From contig NC_043006.1 of the NCBI RefSeq assembly GCF_006345805.1, positions 20,398,001-20,462,000 of the forward strand: 64,000 bases of DNA. The letters are read 5' to 3'. Source of the stretch: Octopus sinensis. Its lineage: Eukaryota. The translations under genes and the position numbers were made by a program. Below, piece after piece: positions 1-12,773 of the stretch. Every line of letters starts with the position of its first letter. Positions within the stretch are counted from its first letter, which is position 1. The notes under the pieces were generated by a model. It ran no database searches. It was not told the origin of the DNA and was given only the letters and a program-made list of their open reading frames with translations.

Positions 1-148
1 GATTTAGGACACAATACGCAGAGTAGGGTGGGTAGATTATGTTTATTTTATCAAATCAGAAGTTGGCTGTCGTCGACTCAAGAGTTTCGCCCTGGGCTGG
101 GTTTGTTTACGACCAAGACGAAACCCTAATTAGACTGTCAACTTTCGC

Positions 149-180
<32 letters not shown>

Positions 181-207
181 TGTATATATATATAGATAGA
201 TAGGTAC

Positions 208-242
<35 letters not shown>

Positions 243-1398
243 CATACATAAATACACACACACGTATGTATGTATGCATGAATGTATGTATGTATATATG
301 TATATACGTATGTGTGATATGCCCTTTGTTGTTGCTTGTTACAAGTCTGTATGTTTGCCAGTTCACAAGTTTAAGATGATCGAAAGATGACTTAATAATG
401 ATAATAATAATGATAATAAAAATAATAGCAACAACAAATACTCACCCAACCATGACAAACACTTGTTGAAACGGCTGAAGGGACGACCACGAAATTTCTC
501 ATCGTGAAAGGGCGAGAGATGTAAATTCTCAATGGAGCTACAAGTCCACAGGCTGTGGGCTCGCCTCCGTGTAAAAGTCAATACATCATCATCCATATCG
601 AAATATCTGGTAAGTTACTCCGAGATTAAGAGGAAAACCTGGTTCGGGTATAATGACCCCTGCTGTTGCAGCAAAACGTTTTGTTTTGTAATGTAATCAA
701 GGGCTTAGGTGAGACCCTCCACATACACAACATGAAATAATTCAATGATGTTAGCCCCCAAAAGAGTGGAGATGTCCTTCATCCCAAGAAGGTGAATAGT
801 TCCTGATATTGAAGTTATACGAAGAGATACAGTTCCGTTTGTGCCATCTGATTTGTTATTTTTTATTATTTTTCTACGTATTTACACCAATGTCTGTAAT
901 TGCAGTCTTAGCTCTGAACTAAAATAGTTAGTCATCATCTTTTCAGAGGAGATTCGCTGGTAAAAGTGGTGGCAGTGATGATAATGATGATGATGGTGAC
1001 GTATTCCTTGCAGCAAGTCAGAATAAATCTAAGATTGATTACGGTGTAAATAATAATAATAAAAATAATAATAGGAGGAAGTTGGTGAAATGGTTGTTTG
1101 GGTGAGTAGACGACCGTTTAAAAATGAAATATCCTGTTACGGTCGTTGGAAGATGCTTATAGTCATAATTGCTAATGATGAGGACTTCCGAACGTTGATG
1201 ATGGCATTAGTAATGATAACAATAATAATAATAATAATTATTATTATTATTATGAGTATGATAATGTTGATGATAATGACGGAGACAGAGAGAGAGTTTG
1301 GATGCGGCCGTTAATGGCAGCAGCATGATGACTTGTGTGCTCTCTGGCTCCCCCCACTTCTATATCTGTCTTATGTTTCTACAAGAGGAAAGAATGGC

Positions 1399-1429
<31 letters not shown>

Positions 1430-1859
1430 TAAGGAGGAAGAACTAAGACAGAAAGAAGAACGATGATGATAGTAATAGTAATAATAATAATAATAATAAT
1501 GATGATAACAAGAGAGGCAGCAGTACTGATTTCACATGTTGCATAATGACTGCTGCTGCTGTAAAATTTTAATACTTGGATTGGCACCGTTAACTTGGTC
1601 AGTCTTTGAACGCACCGGTCTCGCTACTACGATTGTCTCTACACTACCACAGCCGCCGCCCCGGCACAGAAGATTCTATTACCTGCATCATTTTATATTC
1701 ATATATATATATATATATATAATGGTAAATCTCAGAGTGAGTTATAGGGCACAGATAGTGTGTCTATAGCCAGCTGGAGGAGGTATCTTCCTGGGGCTAC
1801 AAACTACAGTAGCATCCACCCTTAGGGGTTAGCCATATTCAAATGGCAAATATGCGTCA

Positions 1860-1919
<60 letters not shown>

Positions 1920-3166
1920 GTGTGTGTGTGTGTGGTGTACTCACTGAGATCAGACACAAAACACTTTATAATAAAGTTAATCTTATATTAATTAGTGATC
2001 TACCTACCTACCTATCTATCTATACTTTATAGAAAAGAAAACCTTAAGGATTATATTAGTGATATATCAATTTGGACAGGGGAATAACTGAAGCCAAGGT
2101 ATGCTTAAATAACTGAAATGGAAGGAATCAAGCAGCGTCCTCAGATTTCAAGACATACACACAAAACTTTCCATAAATACATCATCTTTTCCTCATCCCG
2201 TTATTGATTACATTACTATGTATAAACCACTTTGTTTTAAAACTATCCACGGTACATGAACCTTATTTTGATATTCATTCCACATCATTTGTATTCGGTA
2301 CACCTTAATATGACCACCCTTTACAAATTCCCTCTACTTCTTCGCTGTTGTTAAAATTTTATCCTACACCAGGAGGTATTGATATTCCCTCCATACCTTC
2401 TATACAATCATCATTATATCTAAAACAAAGCTATTTTATTTTAGGGGATACACATACGTCCCTCTCATCCACCTGACCACCGTTCTGCATCTTATCAACA
2501 ACAGAATTTTTTTTAATATCAATACAGCGTCTAAAAGACCGACTCTTCATTATCATAAAATGCTTAAACCCATGAATGCATAGATAAATACACCTATACA
2601 CATATATTAAAATTAATTACAAACTCTCATTTAAAAGTGTATTAGGTAGAACCTCTTTTAAAAGTGATTAATCTATTAGTGAGGGAGGAGTGTCTGAACA
2701 GGGTGCGCGTGAGAGAGAGAGAGAGAGAGGGTGATAGTGATAGAGAGAGTGATAGAGAGAGAGTGATAGAGAGAGATAAGGAGAATGGGAGACAGGTCCC
2801 CCTTATAATAGTGCAAGGTTCGAGCAGTAGCAAGCGCCAAAGGCCTGATGATGATACCTTCTCATAGCCATAACTCGAACTGCTATGTAGAATCGCCAAT
2901 TACCAGTCAGATAAAGAAGAATGCTGCAGCAATTTCCGATAATAAGAACCACAAATAGTCTCCGATCTTATTGTTCTTTTCCTTTTTTGTAGATTGTAAG
3001 ATGGTGTTGGGGGGTCATCGATGTTTTTCGCTTGCCATCTAAGTAGTAGTCCGTCAATAAAGCATTAGATTTTCGCCTCGCGTATCTCTCGTTTTATGCT
3101 TGTAATTAAATCCGAATAAATACACACATATATATATATATAAATATACACACACACACTCGTACC

Positions 3167-3197
<31 letters not shown>

Positions 3198-3700
3198 ATG
3201 AATATACACGAGTACCAATATCGATATATCCGTCAATCAGAGTCAATTATCGATAGATGTGAAGGCAAATCAATCCAAGAAGCAGTTTAGATATACATTT
3301 GCTCGCTTATTTTTTTTCTAAATAAAGATCCAGGCAAAAAATAAACAAACTGAAAGAAAGGAGGGACCGATCCAACGGTGACGATCATGACGGTAGGTCG
3401 CACACATGCCCAATAATTATGAACCGAGAGGAGGTAATTAGGGTTCGCTGCTATGACGGTGTCGGGAAGAGGAAGGGATCAAGAAGAAGGAGCAAACGGG
3501 TACAGAGAGGCGCAGCAGCGGCAGTGGTGGCGGAAAGAGGAAGGGCGGTAGACATAATAAAGGAAGTAAGAAAGGCAAGTAAATGGATAGACAGAAACAG
3601 AGAGAGAGGGGGAGGAAATCGAGAAAAACGGGAAGTCTGATAAGCGGTGCAAACGAAGAGTTACTGTTCTTGATTAGGAGAAGTCTTTCAAAAGCATGGT
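1..3700. promoter_or_regulatory. CpG-rich low-TE segment, candidate internal promoter / alternative first-exon region
   Basis: CG dinucleotides are visibly more frequent than in downstream unique intron (not computed). No SINE copies seen, although the rest of the window is dense with them. Several minus-strand donor-like sites (446, 1683, 2858, 2904). Confidence 0.4.
446..606 (-). CDS. Candidate alternative exon of the MAST gene (uncertain)
   Basis: Strong donor GTTGG|gtgagt at 446/445 and a weaker acceptor ttaccag|ATATTT at 607/606. Open frame MDDDVLTFTRRRAHSLWTCSSIENLHLSPFHDEKFRGRPFSRFNKCLSWL from ATG 596. No homology recognised. Confidence 0.3.
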
Positions 3701-3750
3701 TAAGTTATACGGAGGTGTGTACACACACACACACATATATATAAATATAC

Positions 3751-3803
<53 letters not shown>

Positions 3804-5210
3804 CATTCATATAGTTATACATACATATACATAAATACATATATATAGATATATATACATACATATATACATAAATAAATACATACACATATATATATAT
3901 GTTTTGTTTGTAGGTTTCTTTAGTAGATGTCAACATTTATAAACACACACACACAATGTACCCTTCCCAGAATTCCTTCTGGTCCAAGGATCTCAACCAG
4001 ACCTCCACCCCCACTCGTTTTTCTCTCTTCACCAGAATTACAGCCTTCCCAGATGTTGAGGCCAAGTATCATCAGGTTTAACTGAAATATTAATGAACTA
4101 ACTAGGATGTCTCAATACTTTGTGTTGAGGCTTCTTAGTTAGGCTTTGGGTGCTAGCAGTAGCAGCCAAATCTCCCTCCAATCATGTAGTTCTTGATACA
4201 TGGTGGATAACAGTTGAAATCGTTATAATACTATAGCAAAACTAAGTAGTGACAACCTGCTAGAAATAGCTACTAAATCTCTCTCAAATCACACCATCTT
4301 TAAAAAAAGGAAAAAAGGGGATACTCTGCATAAGGTAGTCACAGATGCACTTAGGCCTAAATGAAGGCATACATGATGTTGACCAAGAACATCTTAAACC
4401 ATATGTTGGCTGCATTAGGACTGGCCTGAGGCTAAGCAACACTGTGTCCAACAAAACCAAAAACATACACATAATAAAGATTCCATAAGAAATAACAAAC
4501 CCAGTACTTCATCATACATACATACATACATACATATATGCCTATATACGTGACTGCATACATGCATACAAAATAAGTAGTTACATGTATATATAAATAC
4601 TGACAATGGTGAATACATATGTAGGTATATACATGCATGCATACATACATAGAAGTATACTTACAAGCATATAGAACTATATATACTTATATACATACAT
4701 TCATACAATCACATTCATATGCGTATATAGAAATATAATTTTTGAAATCCATTTTCGTACACAATGAAAGACATATTCAAATGGTGACCCACTATTTCTT
4801 TTCTTTGACATTTTGAAAGAAATACTAAAATAACTCAATTCGCACTCATTAAATTTCTGCATCGATAAACATATTAATCTAAAGAAACTTGTCTCTTTTC
4901 AAATCTTACATCAACTTTTTATGCCATACATAGGAAAACAGGATAAACACGACACTTTTCTATCATTTAATCAATGTATCTATCTATCTATCTATCTATC
5001 TATCTAAACAGACATGCATATATATATATATAAATATTTGAGTAGTTGAATGAATTATCGTATTGAGGATAATTCGAATTAACCGATACCTGGGTAGCAA
5101 ATTCACTTCAGAAAAAACACGGTTGAAGTTACGTGCCTAGGGCATAGATTACGTGCTTTAGTGTAGAAATTTGTATGTTTATTTTAAAAATATAAATATA
5201 TGAAGAATTC

Positions 5211-5264
<54 letters not shown>

Positions 5265-5785
5265 TAAGATAAAACTTAATAATAATCCTTTCTACTATAT
5301 AGGCACAAGGCTGAAATTTGGGGGGAGGGGATAGTTGAATACATCGACTCCCCCCAGTGCATAACTGGTGCTTATTTTATCAACTCAGAAAGGATGAAAG
5401 AAAAACGTCAGCCTTGGTGGTATTTGAACTCAAACTCAGAACGTAATGATGGATGAAATGCCACTAAGCATTTTACCAGGAGAGCTAACAATTCTGCCAG
5501 CTTATAATAATAATAATAATAATGGAAACAAAAAATTTGGTGCAAACATGATCTGATGCATCATTTTTAAAAAACAAACATAAATCACTGCATTGCCCAG
5601 TGTTCATGTTATGTTGACATAAGAGAGGGAAGTCAGCTAAAGGCCAATGTACAGCGGTTGCTTTCCATTCTGCTTTTTCTCTTTAGTCCCAACATTAATT
5701 CCATGAAGAAATGTTGAAAAGAAACACTACCTTCAACCATGGATTCGGATCTTATTGAAAAAAAGCAGGGAATTGAAACTTACAT

Positions 5786-6222
5786 ACTCTTACTTACTCT
5801 TTACTCTTTTACTTGTTTCAGTCATGTGACTGTGGCCATGCTGGAGCACCGCCTTTAGTCGATCAAATCGACCCCCAGGACTTATTCTTTGTAAGCCTAG
5901 TACTTATTCTATCGGTCTCTTTTTTGCCGAACAGCGCGGTTACGGGAACGTAAACACACCAGCATCGGTTGTCAAGCGATGTTGGGGTGACAAACACAGA
6001 CACACAAACAGGCACATACATATATCATCATCATCATCATCATCATCATCGTTTAACGTCCGCTTTCCATGCTAGCATGGGTTGGACGGTTCAACTGGGG
6101 TCTGGGAAGCCCGAAGGCTGCACCAGGCCAGTCAGATGTGGCAGTGTTTCTACAGCTGGATGCCCTTCCTAACGCCAACCACTCCGAGAGTGTAGTGGGT
6201 GATTTTATGTGCCACCGACACA

Positions 6223-6261
<39 letters not shown>

Positions 6262-6645
6262 TATGACGGGCTTCTTTCAGTTTCCGTCTACCAAATCCAC
6301 TCACAAGGTTTTGGTCAGCCCGAGGCTATAGTAGAAGACACTTGCCCAAGGTGCCATGCACATACATATATATGACGGGCTTCTTTCAGTTTCCGCCTAC
6401 CAAATCCACTCACAAGGTTTTGGTCGGCCCGAGGCTATAGTAGAAGACACTTGCCCAAGGTGCCATGCACATACATATATATGACGGCCTTCTTTCAGTT
6501 TCCGTCTACCAAATCCACTCACAAGGTTTTGGTCGGCCCGAGGCTATAGTAGAAGACACTTGCCCAAGGTGCCCGGCAGTGGGACTGAACCCGGAACCAT
6601 GTGGTTCGTAAGCAAGCTACTTACCACACAGCCACTCCTACGCCT
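5786..6645 (-). mobile_element. SINE family A (tRNA head, CORE-like CCTTGGGCAAGTG, internal TA/TG microsatellite) with a nested RTE-tail element and an internal triplication
   Basis: Reverse complement of the full copy at 7150-7534. Interrupted at 6026-6225 by an RTE-type 3' element. 109-bp segment repeated three times at 6256-6575. Confidence 0.9.
6026..6225 (-). mobile_element. RTE-LINE 3'-end-derived element, (GAT)n tail
   Basis: catcatcatcgtttaacgtccgctttccatgctagcatggg...ggatgcccttcctaa. Same family at 42740-43177 and 51146-51447. Confidence 0.8.
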
Positions 6646-7149
6646 ACATGTTTTCATTTTTGATACATTTTATTTCAATGCGAAAATCAGCAGCATTAAG
6701 ACAAAAAAAAAAACAAAAAAAAAAAAACAGAGAAAGAAAAAGTGCACTTGAATGGCATACTGCAACGCCACAGAGAAAAAGAAGCTGACACTCATATTGC
6801 TGAAAATTCATCCGTGTCATCCCTCTCCTCAACCCCCCCCCCCGCCCAGTTCGATCAAATCAAGATGATAAAAAAAATCTTACAAGTCTCATAAATTGCA
6901 TCATACTGTGACACTGTGACACTATGACACATCACCAGACATGCAGAAGTCTTGAATGCGGAGTAAAAAAAAACCCCCAAAAAAACCGACAAACCATGCA
7001 GTGATTTATTGATAGTGTAAAGCGTAACATGTAGGATACACTAAAGCGATCTCTCTCTATGTGGAAATATTCCAGCTCTTGAATTTCTGTAGTAAAACAT
7101 GTGGAGTAAATTAAAATGCATGGTTTGCTTTTGTGTTCTTTTTTTTATA

Positions 7150-7534
7150 GGCGCAGGAGTGGCTGTGTGGTAAGTAGCTTGCTAACCAACCACATGGTTC
7201 CGGGCTCAGTCCCACTGCGTGGCACCTTGGGCAAGTGTCTTCTGCTATAGCCTCGGGCCGACCAAAGCCTTGTGAGTGGATTTGGTAGACGGAAACTGAA
7301 AAAAAGCCCATCGTATATATATATATATATATATATATATGCGTGTGTGTGTCTGTGTTTGTCCCCCTAGCATTGCTTGACAACCGATGCTGGTGTGTTT
7401 ACGTTCCCGTCACTTAGTGGTTCGGCAAAAGACACCGATAGAAATAAGTACGGGGGTTGAGTTGCTCGATTAAAGGCGGTGCTCCAGCATGGCCGCAGTC
7501 AAATGACTGAAACAAGTAAAAGAGTAAAAGAGTA
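7150..7534 (+). mobile_element. SINE family A, full-length copy
   Basis: A-box-like TGGCTGTGTGG, B-box-like GGGCTCAGTCCC, CORE-like CCTTGGGCAAGTGTCTT, central (TA)n(TG)n, tail (GAGTAAAA)n. Probably one of the octopus OK/OR tRNA-derived SINEs; which one was not determined. Confidence 0.9.
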
Positions 7535-8116
7535 ACTGATATTGCTTCAAACAAAGGAAGAAAATACAGTGTCTCCCGACTTTTCTGAGTCAGTTTCATT
7601 TTGAGAAGGGAGTGCAGCCTGCGTTACTTGAATTTTACCGCAAAATCAATGATTAGTAAGAGACAACAAATCAATTACTAACGAAGCTAGAAGTAACAGT
7701 TCTGAATCTGAATATTGTATCTACATACACTACTGATTCTAACTTTTTAGCTACATATCAGGTTGAATCTTAATAAAGTGTCCGCATACACTGCAGTCAA
7801 TGCAAGCGTCAATGATGAATAACCAAGTCATCATCATCATCATCATCATTGTAATATCTGTTTTCCTTTTCCAAGTTTCTATGGGTCAGAACAAGGTTTA
7901 CTGAGGCAAGTTTTTTTTTTTAATTTTTATGGCTGGAAGCTTTTCCTGTCATAAATTCTCACCTGTTTCCAAGCAAGGTAATATTTCCCCATGGCTAGAC
8001 ATTTTCACAGAATATTGGATATAAATGCCACAGCTTGTATAGCAGTGATACTCATTTATAATTATCATGTGGTATCAATATAAGAAAACCAAAATATAGA
8101 CACACACACATATATA

Positions 8117-8157
<41 letters not shown>

Positions 8158-8252
8158 TTATATATATATATATGTATGTATGTATATATATATATGTATG
8201 TATGTGTATAGATATATATATACATTATACATATGTATGTATGTGTATATAT

Positions 8253-8293
<41 letters not shown>

Positions 8294-8325
8294 TATGTAT
8301 ATATATGTATATATATATATGTGTG

Positions 8326-8357
<32 letters not shown>

Positions 8358-8974
8358 AACATACACAGATACACATATACTGGAGGCTTTGAGGAAAAAA
8401 AATGAACTAATGAAAAAAATCCTAATTAAAGGTGGGCAGCTGATAAGAGTCTGGAATTAATTATACATTGGGGAATTAATTAGTACAGAAGAGAGTAATG
8501 ACACTAATGCAATACAAGTGTAAAGAGATGAATGTCAACTCGCTTATTTATTTACTCAGCAGAAACACGAGAATATACTTTTTTTTTTGTGTTTTTTTCC
8601 ATTGATAAGATAATCATTGATTTGACTGAGTTTGGTGCATTGGTCAAATTGCACCAAACCAAATACTGTTGTCCAGTTCTTCATTGACCTTTTAGAAGAG
8701 TTGTCAATTAATCAAGAAACACATGAAGTCTATTACTGTGTGGTTGTTTTGTTGGGGAACTTTTGAGACTTCATATTTCTGTTAAGCTTCTTCTATCAAC
8801 ATAACTCACTATGTCTCTCTTCACACACACACATACACACACACAGAATCATCAAAAATCTATGTACTAGGAAAAAATAGGTACTTGTATATTTGTCAAT
8901 AGAGGGGGTATAGTAATCAAAGTATACAGTATTGTAGATCCCTTGCAGCTGCTCTTACCAATTGATCCCACCTC

Positions 8975-10640
8975 GCAGGTTCCTTTGATGTAGCGATGGA
9001 AGCATTCAACAATGCAGATATCTGTGACCTCATAAGATTATTTATACTTGACACCCTAATTAGGAAATTCCTGTCAACCAACTTTGGTCCATACAGGGAT
9101 GATGCTTGTCCATCTTTAATGGTGCAAACGGGAACATCATGGACAGACTAAGGAAATTCCTGATTCACATGCTTAACTTCCTTGAGCTTAAGGTTACCAC
9201 AGAGACCAACCTTAAAGTAAATATCTTGGATGTATTGTCTCATTTGGGCATCAGTTCAAACAGGCATTACCACAAACCTAATGAAAGGCTGTTGTCTATC
9301 AACACACCCTCTTGCCATCTTGCTATTGTTTTTAAAAACCTTGTAAAGGGTAATAGGAAGAGGATTTTGAACTTTTCCCTGAATAAGAACGTTTTTTAAT
9401 GCAGTGACCCCAGATTATAATGAAGCTCATGCAACCAGCTGGTTTAACCCTTTAGCAATTAAACCGGCCATATCCGGCCAAAAGTATTTTGCCTGTTTTA
9501 TGGTCAAACTGGCCAGATCTGGTCTCTCACACCAGCCCTACAATATTGTTTAAAAAATTAACAGCTACCTCATCAAATTTTCATAGCTACAAGATAATGC
9601 ATGATTAGTTCAAAACAATGTGGATAAAAAAGGATTACTTTTGGCAGGATAATGTGAACACTAAAGGGTTAAGGACCACATTAATTATATGTCTGGATTT
9701 TAACTCCCATAAAAAACACCACGGTAAAGTCCTCGAGTTTTCCCCATCCTTCTTGTCTCATCCAGCTGTGCACATAATGAACACTCCAACGTAGAGGCAG
9801 GATGATCAGGTAGGGCTAGAAGTGAGTGCCCAATATATAGTTAATGCAAAACTGAGGCTGTGGTCTACAAAGCAGAGGTGCTGGTGTCCAACGACAGCAG
9901 CAACAAAGGACATACACACACACACACACACACACAAATATGTTGGGTTGAGAGAGAGCCTCTTTAAGGCCAAGCAAAGTAACTAAAAGTCTTCTTTTAG
10001 GATCCAAGAAAGATGCAATGTTACAACATTAGCCAGCCATATATAACAATTAATGGGATGTTATGCAAAAATAACTGAAGGTTACTGCAACAACAGAAAG
10101 AGATGGTGTAAACTTTTTTCTTGGTTGATAGAGGAATAAATCTAAAAACATTTGCATAATCTGGGTGCCTACTTGAACTAAAAAGCCGTAATTTTTAGAT
10201 GTGGTCCTCATGGAAGAAAATGTGTTTTGGAAATGTAGTCTTGTTTAAACTTTTGTCTTGGTTGAAAGGGGAATAAATTTTTAAAAATTGCATAATCTGG
10301 GTGCCTACTTGAACTAATAAGCTGTAATTTTTAGATGTGGTCCTCATGGAAGAGAATGTGTTTTGGAAATGTGGTCTTGTTTTGTAGACTAAGTGAACAG
10401 TAAAAATCGAATACAGGAAAAAAGCTGATCCCCTTCGGTCAAAGAATCGTACGAGGGGAGGCAACTCTTCTTTCCTTCTCGGAAAAGGAATTTCTGTTTT
10501 CTTTTATTCACCAGCAAGCTGACTAAAACTATAAGCTTACATACTGCATTAATAAGGCTAGTTGCTTCAGACCCGTATGTGTGATGAATTATCAGTATTA
10601 CTGAATGCGATAGACACGAAACCAATAGTAATGTTCTGCA
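8975..10640 (+). mobile_element. Degenerate Penelope-like retroelement (RT plus C-terminal GIY-YIG), possibly Naiad-like
   Basis: SFDVAMEAFNNADICDLIRLFILDTL...FGPYRDDA (RT motifs with YRDD); MDRLRKFLIHMLNFLELKVTTETNLKVNILDV; HKPNERLLSINTPSCH; VVYKAEV and YVGLRESLFKAKQSN*KSSFR (GIY-YIG). Contains frameshifts and stops. Confidence 0.88.
9448..9668. mobile_element. piggyBac-like MITE (TTAA-CCCTTT...AAAGGG-TTAA) inserted in the Penelope-like element
   Basis: TTAA at 9444-9447 and 9669-9672. Removing the element restores the host reading WFKDHINY. Second copy at 16447-16665. Confidence 0.85.
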
Positions 10641-10689
10641 CAGTTATATGCCATAACCAGGAATATATTACAAATGCTCAAATTCTCAT

Positions 10690-10705
10690 TTATACATATA
10701 TATAT

Positions 10706-10736
<31 letters not shown>

Positions 10737-11275
10737 CATACATATATACATACACACATATATATATACATATATATATTATATACATATATATATATAC
10801 ATATATATATATACATATATATATATACATATATATATACATATATATATATATACATATATATATACATATATATACATATATAATATACATATATATA
10901 TACATATATATATAATATATATATATATATATACATATATACATACATATATATATATATATATACATATATACATACATACATAAATATACATACATAT
11001 ACATATATATATACATACATAAATATACATACATACATATATACATACATAAATATACATACATACATATATACATACATATATACATACATACATATAT
11101 ATACATATTTATATACATACACATATACATACATACATATACATACATACATATACATACATACATATACATACATATATATATATACATACATATATAC
11201 ATACATATATATATACATACATATATACATACATATATATACATACATACATATATACATACATATATATATATG
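10690..11275. repeat. Compound (TA)n/(TACA)n microsatellite
   Basis: About 590 bp of TA/TACA units; source of several spurious ORFs. Confidence 0.95.
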
Positions 11276-11933
11276 GGGAGGGACATAATGGCAAGGGAGG
11301 TTGCAGCAACGTTTCTTTAAGACACTCAGTAGGAAATCTCTTTCTCTCTTAAACTTCAATGAGCATACAGTTTACTATTATATATATAATATATATATAT
11401 GTGCACACACAAAAAAATAAATATTTATCTGAAACCTAACTACACTAAATGTGACTGATTCTGTATGCGTGACATTTCTAATGTACACAAAGGAATGCTT
11501 AGAAAATTATCTTGAAATTATCATCATTTGGGGTTTAATCTTCGCAGAGTTCCTCTGGCCAATAATAGTTTTTCTAGTAAAGTGAGAGGATGAAGACAGC
11601 TGTGCCATGCTAGTTTTTAGTGAAGTGTACTCGTTATGGTAATGGTATGATGGTGGTGGTGGTGGTGGTGGTGGTGATGGTACAGGGTGGAGATCTGTTA
11701 ACCACCTGGTAAGTGGCAACATTTGCTACACCCACTTAAGAAAAGCAATGAGTCAACAGAACAGCTCTGCATAAATGCAACATATTATTATTATTATTAT
11801 TATGACTTTTGGGGGAGACACGATCACTGTTAACATCACTGCAGTAAATTACAAGGAAAAAAAAAAGAATGAAAATAAGTTTTTGTTTGTTTATTTTAAA
11901 GAGTAAATCTAATGGAAAGGGCGTGGTGGTTAC

Positions 11934-11964
<31 letters not shown>

Positions 11965-12407
11965 CATATATATACATATATATATAAGTACATATATGTG
12001 TATATATATATGTATATATATATATATGCTTGTGTAATGGCATGTGTGTTGAGAGAGAAATGGGGAAGGAGAGAGAGGGAGGGAGGGAAGGAATAGAAAA
12101 TGTTGTTGAGTAAATTGTAACAGCAGAAACAGGAAAGCTGAAGACATCAAAACTGAAGAACCAGGCAAGTAGTTGGTGAGGCACAGTCAAATTAATAGGA
12201 GTTTGCAATTTCTTTATACAATATAAATAGAGAAGGTCTCATCAAATATCAGAGAAACTTGAGTCAAGCATTAGTTTCCAGCCAGGAAATCTCCAATTCA
12301 AAGCAATAATTTATTAAAAACAAATTTATTTTCTTTCTCATGTAATTTCTTGCTTTTTATCTCTCTCTTATTCTTTAAATCTTATATTGTTTTACTTTCA
12401 CTTTTAA

Positions 12408-12737
12408 CCCTTTCATTACAATATTTATTTTGAAATAATATTGCCTTTGAATAAATTTTGCAAATAAGAAAGAATTTATTAAAATAAAATAACTTAATTG
12501 TTATTAACTCTTCATCTGGAAAATTAAATTTCATGGTTATTCCAGTAATGATGCTAAATATCTACCAGTAATTAAAATTGGTATTTTCAGTAAGTCATAT
12601 TGTCTCAATAAACTTGATTCCGGGTTCAGTCCCACTGCGTGGCACCTTGGGCAAGTGTCTTCTACTATAGCCTCGGGCCGACCAAAGCCTTGTGGATTTT
12701 GTAGACGGAAACTGAAAGAAACTTGTCGTATGTATGT

Positions 12738-12773
<36 letters not shown>

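Noticed and set aside
2904-3060. Phase-2 donor GACTG|gtaatt after an open frame (…QHSSLSD)
   Set aside because: The phase would fit MAST, but the frame has no ATG and no good acceptor; at most a UTR exon.
7150-7225. tRNA genes at SINE heads (also 14140, 22998, 35237)
   Set aside because: A/B boxes are present, but there is no complete cloverleaf and each continues into a SINE body.
10562-11359. 117-253-aa Y/I/M/V/C ORFs (and similar ones at 8148, 28343, 55698 and 57421)
   Set aside because: Translations of TA/CA microsatellites.
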